NCBI GenBank assembly: GCA_052386995.1
Contig: JBQTJP010000078.1
Location: 1 to 21,081 of the forward strand
Source of the DNA: Armatimonadota bacterium
Lineage (GTDB): Bacteria; Sysuimicrobiota; Sysuimicrobiia; Sysuimicrobiales; Humicultoraceae
DNA length: 21,081 nucleotides
Reading direction: 5' to 3'
Made by a program: the position numbers and the translations under genes. Positions 1-7,253 of this stretch are shown piece by piece. Below the pieces are notes generated by a model, which had not been told where the DNA came from, ran no database searches, and saw only the letters and a list, made by a program, of their open reading frames with translations. Position 1 is the stretch's first letter; the number at the start of each line of letters is the position of its first letter.

Positions 1-1
1 A

Positions 2-133
2 ACGGACGAACTGCGCCGGCTGTGGAAGGCCGATCGCACGTTTGAGCCAGCCTGGGACGATGGCCGGCGTCAGGCGGCCCTTTCCGGATGGAAGCGTGCC
101 GTCGAGCGCACACGGGGGTGGATTGAACCTTGA
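2..133 (+). CDS. glpK: Glycerol kinase, C-terminal fragment (gene begins before the window)
   Basis: Frame from nt 2 reads TDELRRLWKADRTFEPAWDDGRRQAALSGWKRAVERTRGWIEP*, with TGA at 131-133. This matches the GlpK C-terminal pattern W..(D)r.FeP....R.....GWk.AV.R..gW. Confidence 0.8.
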   Translation, partial: TDELRRLWKADRTFEPAWDDGRRQAALSGWKRAVERTRGWIEP

Positions 134-137
134 ATAG

Positions 138-226
138 CGTCATAGCCAAGCAGACGTCATCGGTGATGTCGAGGAGTTCGGTGTAGCGCGTCGAGGCCAC
201 GGTGATCGTGTGCAGCGGATCGCCAT
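138..226 (-). pseudogene. Probable 5' remnant of a YjbQ/UPF0047 family gene, frameshifted and truncated
   Basis: Minus strand has GGAG (236-233), a 6 nt spacer, then ATG GCG ATC (226-218) and a 2-nt leftover CG. The frame from 215 then reads LHTITVASTRYTELLDITDDVCLAM, resembling the YjbQ N-terminus (..T..r.e..DIT..V). There is no room for the rest of the gene before glpK. Confidence 0.5.
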
Positions 227-272
227 GTCGATCTCCGGATGGATTCTTCGCAGATGCCCCCGAATGGCCCTG

Positions 273-281
273 TGCTATCCT
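273..281 (+). promoter_or_regulatory. Putative extended -10 promoter (TGnTATCCT) for the zincin gene
   Basis: TGCTATCCT ends 10 nt upstream of ATG 292. No SD sequence lies in between. Confidence 0.4.
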
Positions 282-291
282 GAGTGCGCCC

Positions 292-669
292 ATGGTCCGG
301 GTCAGCCGCAAGCGGTTCGAGCAGCTGGTCGCAGAGGCGCTGCGCGGTATCCCCGCCGAACTGCGCAAAGCGCTCGATAACATCGAGGTCATCGTCGACG
401 ACTGGCCGACCGAGGAGCAGCTCGCCGAGGTCGACCTCGAGCCCGACGACCTGCTATTCGGCCTCTATCGTGGCACGCCGCTGCCCGAGCGCAGTCCGCT
501 GCAGCCGTATGCGCTGCCGGATGTCATCACCATTTTCCAGGGTCCACTGGAAGAAGAGTGCGAGACCGAGGAAGCCATCCGCGAGGAAATCCGGCGAACG
601 GTCGTCCACGAGATCGCCCACTATTTTGGATTCGACGAGGATCGCCTGGCGGAACTGGGATACGACTGA
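292..669 (+). CDS. Zincin-like metallopeptidase (Zincin_1/DUF1025 family)
   Basis: Motifs include F..LV.EAL..IP, LFGLYRGTPL..R, PD.ITIFQ.P and TVVHEIAHYFG (HExxH). ATG 292 (MVRVSRKRF) is preferred over the track start at 202. Confidence 0.85.
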   Translation: MVRVSRKRFEQLVAEALRGIPAELRKALDNIEVIVDDWPTEEQLAEVDLEPDDLLFGLYRGTPLPERSPLQPYALPDVITIFQGPLEEECETEEAIREEIRRTVVHEIAHYFGFDEDRLAELGYD

Positions 670-687
670 CCGCCCGCGACGGGGCGG
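670..687. terminator. GC hairpin between convergent genes; possible weak terminator
   Basis: CCGCCC (670-675) pairs with GGGCGG (682-687) around a 6-nt loop. There is no U-tract on either strand. Confidence 0.3.
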
Positions 688-700
688 CAATGCCAGCGAA

Positions 701-1795
701 CTAGGCGTTGGCCGCGCAGCGGTTCGGTCCTGCTTCCAGCGCGATCGCTTCCTCTTCCGGGATCGTTTCGCCGTGCCTGTTGACCTGGAGGATCTTCTGG
801 GCGTTGGGGGGAGGCGGCGGCACACGTACCGCCCTGGCCACGAACGCCTCCTCTTCGTCGAGAAGCCCAGAGAGGCCGTCCAATACAGCCCCGAGAGATC
901 TCGTGTGCGTCACACCGGGCCCTGGGTCGTCGCCTTCGGGCGCGTGCCCCGGGAAGACGCGCACGTCGCGCGGCAACTGCGCCACGCGCCGCAGGGTCCG
1001 ATAGAGTTGACGGGCGGCCTCCTCGGTACTGCCGTGGAGGTCGGGCCGGCCGACGCTCGTCAGGAACAGCACGTCGCCCGTGAACAGCGCCTCGTCCTGG
1101 ATCCGCCACACCAGGCTGCCGGGCGTGTGCCCGGGCGCAGCGAGGGCCGTGAGGCGCGCACGGCCTACCGCGACCGCATCCCCGTCGTTGATCGACGTCC
1201 ATCCGGCGAATTCGAAGGCGTCGAGCGGACCGAGGCAGAGACGGGCTCCGGTGCTTTCCGCGAGCCGCCGCGCGCCGGAGATGTGATCGGCGTGCAGGTG
1301 CGTGTCCACGACCGTTCGAATGGCTGCGCCACGCTCCTTCGCGGCCTTCACATATTGCTCCCAATGCCACGAGGGATCGATGACGACCGCCTCACGCCCG
1401 GCGACCACGAGATAACTCAGGCAGCCTTTCCCCAGGCGCCGGAACTGGACGACCTCGACGCCGTCGCGCAGCGCGACCGACGCGAGATCGAATACCTGAC
1501 TCCAGGCCACCATGCCGCCGCGCATCGATCGCGCGGCGATGCCCCAGTCTGTTAGGCGCTCGGCCGCCGCCAGCGACCGGCTGCCGGTTGCGCACACCGT
1601 GACGACCTCACGGCCGGCCACACGCTGCGCCTGCGTCCGGTCGAGACTCGCGAGGGGAATGTGAATACTTCCGGGAAGCGGCCAGGCAGTGATTTCTTCG
1701 TCGTCCCTGACATCGAGGAGCACCGGGCGTTGGCCCCGTGCCTGCTCCGCCCTGACTTCTTCGGCCTCGATCTCAGGTGCCCGGTCCGCCGCCAC
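701..1795 (-). CDS. Rhodanese + MBL-fold fusion (persulfide dioxygenase/sulfurtransferase, YrkH-like architecture)
   Basis: The N-terminal rhodanese domain has LLDVR, IHIPL and the active-site loop VCATGSRS. The MBL domain has GCLSY, DTHLHADH, PGHTPGS, TGDVLF..SVGRPDL and PGH, and the C-terminus is LEAGPNRCA. Start GTG 1795 has GGAGG (1807-1803) 7 nt upstream. Confidence 0.85.
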   Translation of the reverse strand: MAADRAPEIEAEEVRAEQARGQRPVLLDVRDDEEITAWPLPGSIHIPLASLDRTQAQRVAGREVVTVCATGSRSLAAAERLTDWGIAARSMRGGMVAWSQVFDLASVALRDGVEVVQFRRLGKGCLSYLVVAGREAVVIDPSWHWEQYVKAAKERGAAIRTVVDTHLHADHISGARRLAESTGARLCLGPLDAFEFAGWTSINDGDAVAVGRARLTALAAPGHTPGSLVWRIQDEALFTGDVLFLTSVGRPDLHGSTEEAARQLYRTLRRVAQLPRDVRVFPGHAPEGDDPGPGVTHTRSLGAVLDGLSGLLDEEEAFVARAVRVPPPPPNAQKILQVNRHGETIPEEEAIALEAGPNRCAANA

Positions 1796-1833
1796 AAATA
1801 GGCCTCCCCCTCGGTCTGGCACGTCTCACGTCG

Positions 1834-1842
1834 AGTATAGCA
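1834..1842 (-). promoter_or_regulatory. Putative extended -10 promoter (TGCTATACT) for the rhodanese-MBL gene
   Basis: Near-consensus TGnTATAAT on the minus strand, about 40 nt upstream of the start, in an AT-richer intergenic patch. Confidence 0.55.
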
Positions 1843-1870
1843 AAGCCGGCATTTCGCTTCCGGCCAGGAA

Positions 1871-1879
1871 TGCTTTAAT
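1871..1879 (+). promoter_or_regulatory. Putative extended -10 promoter (TGCTTTAAT) for sppA
   Basis: TGnTTTAAT lies upstream of SD GAGAGG (1902-1907) and ATG 1916, back-to-back with the minus-strand element. Confidence 0.4.
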
Positions 1880-1915
1880 ATGAACTTCACTCGTCGCCGC
1901 CGAGAGGTTGTGCAG

Positions 1916-3640
1916 ATGATCTGGATCGTGGACGCTTTCGCGAACGCTTTCCGCCTGCTCTCCAACCTGCTCGCCCGCCTCGGGCCGCCGCTGGACTACG
2001 TGGTCGTGGAGATCGCGGGGTCGTATCCCGAACGCACGCCGCCTCCCCGTCGTTTGACGCAGCGCCTGCTCCAGCCGCCCTGGCAGCGGACCGATGAGAG
2101 CCTGGAGGCATTGCGCGACCGCCTCGAGCGGGTCGCTCGTGCTCCAGGCGTTCGGGGGATCGTGCTGCGCGTCCGCGATCTGAGCGCGGGGCTGGCGGCG
2201 CTCCAGGGTCTACGCGATGCGATCGCAGAGCTGCGGCGCGGTGGAAAGCGCGTGATCGCCTACCTCACCGAGGTCGATCTGTCGGCGTACTACCTGGCCA
2301 CCGCTGCGGATGAGATCTGGATGCCCGCCGTGGGATTCTGGAACGTCCTGGGGATGCGCACCGAGATCACGTTCTTCCGCGACGCATTCAACCGCATAGG
2401 CGTGCTGCCCGAGTTCGAACGCATGGCCGAGTACAAGACCGCGGCAGACCGGTTCGTACGGTCGAGTCTCTCCGAGCACCATCGGGAGATGCTGGACGCC
2501 ATTCTCGATTCGTGGATGCAGGAGGTCACCGGCGACATCGCCGCGGCGCGGAGGCTGAATCCAGACAACGTGCGCGCCGCAGTCGACCGCGCGCCGCTGA
2601 CCGCCGCCGACGCCCGGGCCGCCGGGCTCATCGATGGCCTGTGTTACGAAGATGAGCTGCCTGCCAGGCTGGGCTCGCCGGAGCGCCCCGCAGCCTTGCA
2701 GCCCTGGGCGGCCGCGCGAAGGCGCCTCAGCCTCCCGTATCGGTGGCGCGCGCGCGGCCCGGTGATCGCCGTCGTGGAGCTCATCGGCGGGATCATCACC
2801 GGCGAGAGCCGCGATTCCCCGATCCCCATCCCGCTCGTGGGCGGCAGGCTCGCCGGATCTGAGACCATAGCCCGCGCGTTCCGGGCCGCGGAGCGCAGCC
2901 CGCGCATTCGCGCAATCGTGTTTCACGTCGATTCGGGGGGCGGCTCGGCGCTAGCGAGCGACCTGATTCTGCGAGAGGTCGAACGCATCAAAGTCAAGAA
3001 ACCGATCGTCGCGTTCATGGGCAATGTGGCCGGGTCGGGTGGTTACTATGTGTCGTGCGGAGCCAGCAGGATCGTGGCGCAGCCGGCCACGATCACGGGC
3101 TCGATTGGCGTCGTCACCGGAAAGCTTTCGGCGCAGGGCCTTTATGAGCGGCTCGGGCTCAACAGAGAAGTCGTGGCGCGCGGTGAGGCCGCCACGATGG
3201 ACTCGCTCTTCCGGCCGTTCACGCCGGCGCAGCGCGGCAAGGTGCGACGCGCCATTGACGAGATCTACCGTGTGTTCGTCGGAAAGGTCGCCTCAGGCCG
3301 CGGCAAGAGCGTCGGCGACGTGGAAGCCATCGCGAAGGGACGTGTCTGGACCGGCCGCCAGGCTTTGGAGCGTGGGCTCGTGGATGAGCTGGGAGATTTT
3401 TCTCTGGCGGTGCGCCGCGCCCGCGAGCTGGCGGGGATTCCCGCAGATACCCTCATCTCAACGGTCACCGTGCGCCCGCCGCGCGCGACCCCGGTTCCGT
3501 CGGCGGCCCAGGCCCTGGCCGCGGCGCTCGGCCCGGCGTCCGGCGCCGTCTTGGCCGAGACCGTGGCGGCCTGGCGCGCCGTCCGCGAGTTGCTCCGCGA
3601 GCCTGCGCTCCTGCTGATGCCTGACCTGGGAGCCTTCTGA
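1916..3640 (+). CDS. sppA: Signal peptide peptidase SppA, two-domain (67K-type), S49 family
   Basis: Contains two S49 domains. Motifs are YYLATAADEI, YKTA (catalytic Lys), VDSGGGSALASD, AGSGGYY (catalytic Ser), TITGSIGV and GRVWTGRQA...GLVDELG. ATG 1916 has an SD, whereas the track start at 1880 abuts the putative -10. Confidence 0.92.
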   Translation: MIWIVDAFANAFRLLSNLLARLGPPLDYVVVEIAGSYPERTPPPRRLTQRLLQPPWQRTDESLEALRDRLERVARAPGVRGIVLRVRDLSAGLAALQGLRDAIAELRRGGKRVIAYLTEVDLSAYYLATAADEIWMPAVGFWNVLGMRTEITFFRDAFNRIGVLPEFERMAEYKTAADRFVRSSLSEHHREMLDAILDSWMQEVTGDIAAARRLNPDNVRAAVDRAPLTAADARAAGLIDGLCYEDELPARLGSPERPAALQPWAAARRRLSLPYRWRARGPVIAVVELIGGIITGESRDSPIPIPLVGGRLAGSETIARAFRAAERSPRIRAIVFHVDSGGGSALASDLILREVERIKVKKPIVAFMGNVAGSGGYYVSCGASRIVAQPATITGSIGVVTGKLSAQGLYERLGLNREVVARGEAATMDSLFRPFTPAQRGKVRRAIDEIYRVFVGKVASGRGKSVGDVEAIAKGRVWTGRQALERGLVDELGDFSLAVRRARELAGIPADTLISTVTVRPPRATPVPSAAQALAAALGPASGAVLAETVAAWRAVRELLREPALLLMPDLGAF

Positions 3641-4896
3641 TGCTGACGGCCGGCGAGCTGATGACGAGTCCTCCCGTGAGCATCGACGCAATGGCGACGG
3701 TCGCGGAAGCGCTCGACGCGATGCGGGAGCAAGGCATCTCCAGCGTTCTTGTCCGGCCCGCTGCGCCCGGCCTCGAATGGGGTATCGTCACCAAACGGGA
3801 TGTCCTCACGAAAGTTGTCGTGCGTGACCTGGATTCCGAGAGCCTGCTCGTTCGTGAGATCATGAACGCGCCGCTCGTTACCGTCCGCACGCACTGGGGC
3901 ACAGAGGAGACCGCGGCCCTCATGGCCGCGGCGGGGATCCGTCGGGTCGCCGTGGTCAAGAATGACGAGATTGCCGGCATCGTAAGCGACACTGATATCT
4001 TCACGGCGGTGGCGGCCCAGGACTGGCGCAGCGCGCGCGCGACGCGCAGGGCCCGCCGGCGCCAGTCGGTCGCGTCGGCGGCTGCGGCCGCGACCGTTGC
4101 GGATCTGATGTCCAGCCCGGTACACGGCGTAGGGCCGACCGCTACCGTGCGTGAGGCGATGCAGCGGATGCTCGATCGCGGGGTCTCGAGTCTGCTTGTG
4201 GACGCCGAGTCCGGGCGCGACCAGGGAATCATCACCAAACGCGATGTGATTACGAAGGTCATTGCCCGGGGCAAAGATCCCGGTGCGGTCCGGGTGCGCG
4301 ACGTGGCATCCGCTCCGCTGCGCACGGTCCCGTCCGAGACCAGCATCCAAGAATGCTCCGCGAGGATGTCCAAGGCGCGGCTGCGCCGTCTCCCGGTGGT
4401 CCGCGAGGGGGCGGTCGTGGGGATTATCAGCGACACCGATATCCTCGCCGCGGTCGAGGCACACCGGTGGCGTGGACGCCGCCGCCGCCGCCCCACCCTC
4501 CACGCGGTCGCCGACGTCATGAGCCGGCCTGCCGCGACCGTGCGGCGGGACGGCACCGTTGCCGACGCGCTGGCGGTGATGAAGGAGGCCAACGTTGCCA
4601 GCCTCCTCGTTCAGCCCGAAGCCGCCGGTGGGGCGTGGAGCGTGATCACCCGGCACGACATCTTCAGCAAGGTGGTCGCACAAAATCGAGATCCCCGCCA
4701 GACGCGCGTCGCCGCTATCGCGACCGGCCGGCTCACGCCCGTCTCGCCCGAGATTTCGCTGTGGGACTGCTCCGCGCGTATGGCGGAGACCGGGGCGCTC
4801 CTCCTGCCGGTCGTGGAGGGGGAGATGGTCATCGGGGTCGTGACCGATTCCGATATCTTCCGCGCGATCGAGGAGCGCGGCTGGGGTGTCGACTGA
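3640..4896 (+). CDS. Stand-alone CBS protein with three tandem CBS pairs (six CBS motifs)
   Basis: Three modules carry GIVTKRDVLTKVV / GIITKRDVITKVI / SVITRHDIFSKVV and GIVSDTDIF / GIISDTDIL / GVVTDSDIF. The start overlaps the sppA stop (TGATG). Confidence 0.9.
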   Translation: MLTAGELMTSPPVSIDAMATVAEALDAMREQGISSVLVRPAAPGLEWGIVTKRDVLTKVVVRDLDSESLLVREIMNAPLVTVRTHWGTEETAALMAAAGIRRVAVVKNDEIAGIVSDTDIFTAVAAQDWRSARATRRARRRQSVASAAAAATVADLMSSPVHGVGPTATVREAMQRMLDRGVSSLLVDAESGRDQGIITKRDVITKVIARGKDPGAVRVRDVASAPLRTVPSETSIQECSARMSKARLRRLPVVREGAVVGIISDTDILAAVEAHRWRGRRRRRPTLHAVADVMSRPAATVRRDGTVADALAVMKEANVASLLVQPEAAGGAWSVITRHDIFSKVVAQNRDPRQTRVAAIATGRLTPVSPEISLWDCSARMAETGALLLPVVEGEMVIGVVTDSDIFRAIEERGWGVD

Positions 4897-4923
4897 CGCC
4901 CGCGCGACGAATCCAGACCGGCG

Positions 4924-4950
4924 GAAGGAGAGCCCCGACAGTCACCGAAC
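4924..4950 (+). promoter_or_regulatory. Possible sigma-H(Spo0H)-like promoter, AGGA-N17-GAAC
   Basis: AGGA is at 4926-4929 and GAAC at 4947-4950, spaced as in the Bacillus sigma-H consensus. GTG 4960 follows after 9 nt. Confidence 0.3.
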
Positions 4951-4959
4951 CTGAGTACC

Positions 4960-5838
4960 GTGCAGGGTTCGACCGACTCTTCTCCCCAGCAGGATTCCCT
5001 GCGCGTGCGAGTACTGCGCAGTGGGAGCGCCGGCAACGCCATTCTGGTCGAAGCAGGCGCGACCCGCTTTCTCGTCGATGCCGGGCTGCCGGCGGAGACG
5101 ATCCTCCGGGAGCTCGACCGCGAAGGATCCCAGCGGACGCTGAACGCGATCCTGCTGTCGCACGAACACGACGATCACCTCAAAGGGGCGGCGAGCCTCT
5201 CGCGCGTCACAGACGCAACGCTGCTGGTCAACGAATCCACGCGACGCGCGGCGGGCGCGCAACTCTTCGGCGTTCGGCTCGAGCTCTTTGAAACGACCAA
5301 ACCGTTCCGCGTCGGATCGGTGGACGTCACGCCCTTCCCCTTGCCGCACGATGCCGCAGAGCCGGTGGGCTTCGTGCTCACCTGCGGCGGCGTCCGTGTC
5401 ACCGTGGCCTGCGACCTCGGTGAAGTCTCTGACGGTCTGCTCACATACGCGCGCGGCGCCGACCTTCTCATCATCGAAGCGAACTACGACCTGAGACTGA
5501 TGGGCGTCTCCGCTTATCCGTGGTTTCTCAAGAACCGCATCATCGGATGGCAGGGGCATCTGTCCAATGACGGTGCCGCGCGGGCGGCGGTGGAAGCGGC
5601 CTGTGCCGGGACCCGAACCGTGCACCTCGTGCACCTGAGTGAAGTCAACAATTTGGCCCCGCTTGCCCGCGATACGGTCCGTGACGCCCTCGATGCCGAA
5701 GGCCTGTCGGGGGTGCGCGTAGAGGTCATCCGGCCCAATGCCGGCGGACCGTGGTGGACCGCGTCCCGCGACGTGGAGCCCGCCATCACCATGGCGCCTT
5801 CGGTCGCGGGCGCGACATCTATCCCCGTCACCCGATGA
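4960..5838 (+). CDS. MBL-fold metallo-hydrolase, YycJ/WalJ-like (putative exonuclease)
   Basis: Motifs SGSAGNA, LVDAG, SHEHDDH, PHDAAEPVGF, DLG, EANYD, YPW.LK.RI...GHLSN and HLSEVNN. An alternative start is GTG 5005. Confidence 0.85.
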   Translation: MQGSTDSSPQQDSLRVRVLRSGSAGNAILVEAGATRFLVDAGLPAETILRELDREGSQRTLNAILLSHEHDDHLKGAASLSRVTDATLLVNESTRRAAGAQLFGVRLELFETTKPFRVGSVDVTPFPLPHDAAEPVGFVLTCGGVRVTVACDLGEVSDGLLTYARGADLLIIEANYDLRLMGVSAYPWFLKNRIIGWQGHLSNDGAARAAVEAACAGTRTVHLVHLSEVNNLAPLARDTVRDALDAEGLSGVRVEVIRPNAGGPWWTASRDVEPAITMAPSVAGATSIPVTR

Positions 5839-7253
5839 AAGTGGATGAGAGGCTGTACCATGGCGAAACCGCCACGTTGCGCCGGCGCGCGGTTCAGATC
5901 CTCGGCGCCGGCGTCGCCGCGGCCGATCCGGCCCGGGCCGTTCACCGGATGGTCTCGCGCATGGGTGCGCGGCTGGTCGTCGACGGCGCGGTCTACGACC
6001 TGTCGGCGCTGCGCCGTGTGCTGGTCGTCGGCGCGGGGAAGGCATCGACGCGTATGGCCGCGGCGCTCGAGGCGATTCTGGACGACCATATCGTCGAGGG
6101 CGTCGTGACGACCAAGCATGGATATGTCGAATCGCTCCGCCGCATCACGCTCGTCGAAGCCGGCCATCCCCTGCCGGACGATGCCGGAGTGCGGGGTGCC
6201 GGGCGCATCGCCGAGCTTGCGGCCGGCGCAGCCGAGGACGACCTCCTGCTCGTCGTGATCTCGGGCGGCGGATCCGCGCTGCTGCCGATGCCGGCGTCGG
6301 GCATCACGCTCGAAGAAAAGATCGCCGCAACAGACCTCCTGCTGCGATCGGGCGCGACGATTGGCGAGGTAAACGCGGTCCGCAAGCACCTCTCGGCGAT
6401 CAAAGGTGGTCAACTCGCGCGCATGGCTGCGCCCGCGCGGGTCGTCACGCTGATCCTCTCCGATGTCCTCGGCAATCCTCTGGACGCCATCGCCTCAGGT
6501 CCGACCGTGCCCGATCCGACGACGTTCGCCGATGCGCTCGCGACCATTGACCGGTTCGCGCTGCGCGCCAAAGTGCCCGCGTCCGTGCTGCGCCATCTCG
6601 ATCAGGGCGCCGCCGGCGTGCTGCCCGATACGCCCAAGCGCGGCGATCCCATCTTCACCCGGACGCAGGCCGTCATCGTGGGCGACATCCGCCTGGCGGC
6701 CGGCGCGGCGGTCGAGCGGGCCGAGGCCCTGGGGTATCAAGCACAACTATGCGAGACCGCGGTGCAGGGTGAGGCGCGCGACGTCGGCAGTCGATTTGGC
6801 GCGATGGTGCGGGACGCGCGCCGGGGCGCGGCACGGACCGCGGTCGGTGTCTGCCTGGTCATGGGGGGCGAGACGACCGTGACCGTGCATGGCCACGGCC
6901 GCGGCGGCAGGAGTCAAGAGCTCGCGCTGGGCGCGGCCGAGGCGATTGCCGGACTGCCGCAGACCCTGGTCGCGGCCTTTGGCACCGACGGGACCGATGG
7001 CCCGACCGATGCCGCCGGCGCCGTGGTGGACGGCACGACGCTGACGCGAGCGCGGGCACGTGGGCTCGACCCGGCGGCGGCGCTGCGGAACAACGACTGC
7101 TATCCGTTCTTCGAGGGCCTAAACGATCTGATCATGTCTGGGCCAACGAACACCAACGTCAACGATCTCTGGCTGGGAATGGTCGGGCCGGCGCCGGACG
7201 CGCGCGCGGCGTCTTCGGCCGGATCCTCCGACGTCCGCGGGCCGGGACAGTGA
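5835..7253 (+). CDS. Glycerate kinase, class II (MOFRL/TtuD/GckA family)
   Basis: Motifs GAGKA, HPLPD, ISGGGSAL, VRKHLSAIKGG, SDV...IASGPT, GGETTV, GGRSQE, GTDGTDGPTDAAGA and GPTNTNVND. Start ATG 5835 lies in an ATGA overlap. Confidence 0.92.
   Translation: MKVDERLYHGETATLRRRAVQILGAGVAAADPARAVHRMVSRMGARLVVDGAVYDLSALRRVLVVGAGKASTRMAAALEAILDDHIVEGVVTTKHGYVESLRRITLVEAGHPLPDDAGVRGAGRIAELAAGAAEDDLLLVVISGGGSALLPMPASGITLEEKIAATDLLLRSGATIGEVNAVRKHLSAIKGGQLARMAAPARVVTLILSDVLGNPLDAIASGPTVPDPTTFADALATIDRFALRAKVPASVLRHLDQGAAGVLPDTPKRGDPIFTRTQAVIVGDIRLAAGAAVERAEALGYQAQLCETAVQGEARDVGSRFGAMVRDARRGAARTAVGVCLVMGGETTVTVHGHGRGGRSQELALGAAEAIAGLPQTLVAAFGTDGTDGPTDAAGAVVDGTTLTRARARGLDPAAALRNNDCYPFFEGLNDLIMSGPTNTNVNDLWLGMVGPAPDARAASSAGSSDVRGPGQ

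Noticed and set aside
153..170. Imperfect inverted repeat GACGTCA-TCGG-TGATGTC after glpK
   Set aside because: It has no U-tract and coincides with the DITDDV codons of the putative yjbQ relic. It is not supportable as a terminator or operator.
664..682. Similarity of GACTGAC(C)GCCCGCG..ACG here and at 4891-4909
   Set aside because: The match is short, GC-rich and partly forced by a shared Asp-stop ending. There are only two copies, so chance is likely.
284..1555. 423-aa plus-strand ORF and many other long overlapping ORFs (e.g. 3265-4683, 8460-9656, 17641-18777)
   Set aside because: These are antisense or alternate-frame shadows of well-supported genes. They are Arg/Pro/Ala-rich with no motifs, which is expected in GC-rich DNA.
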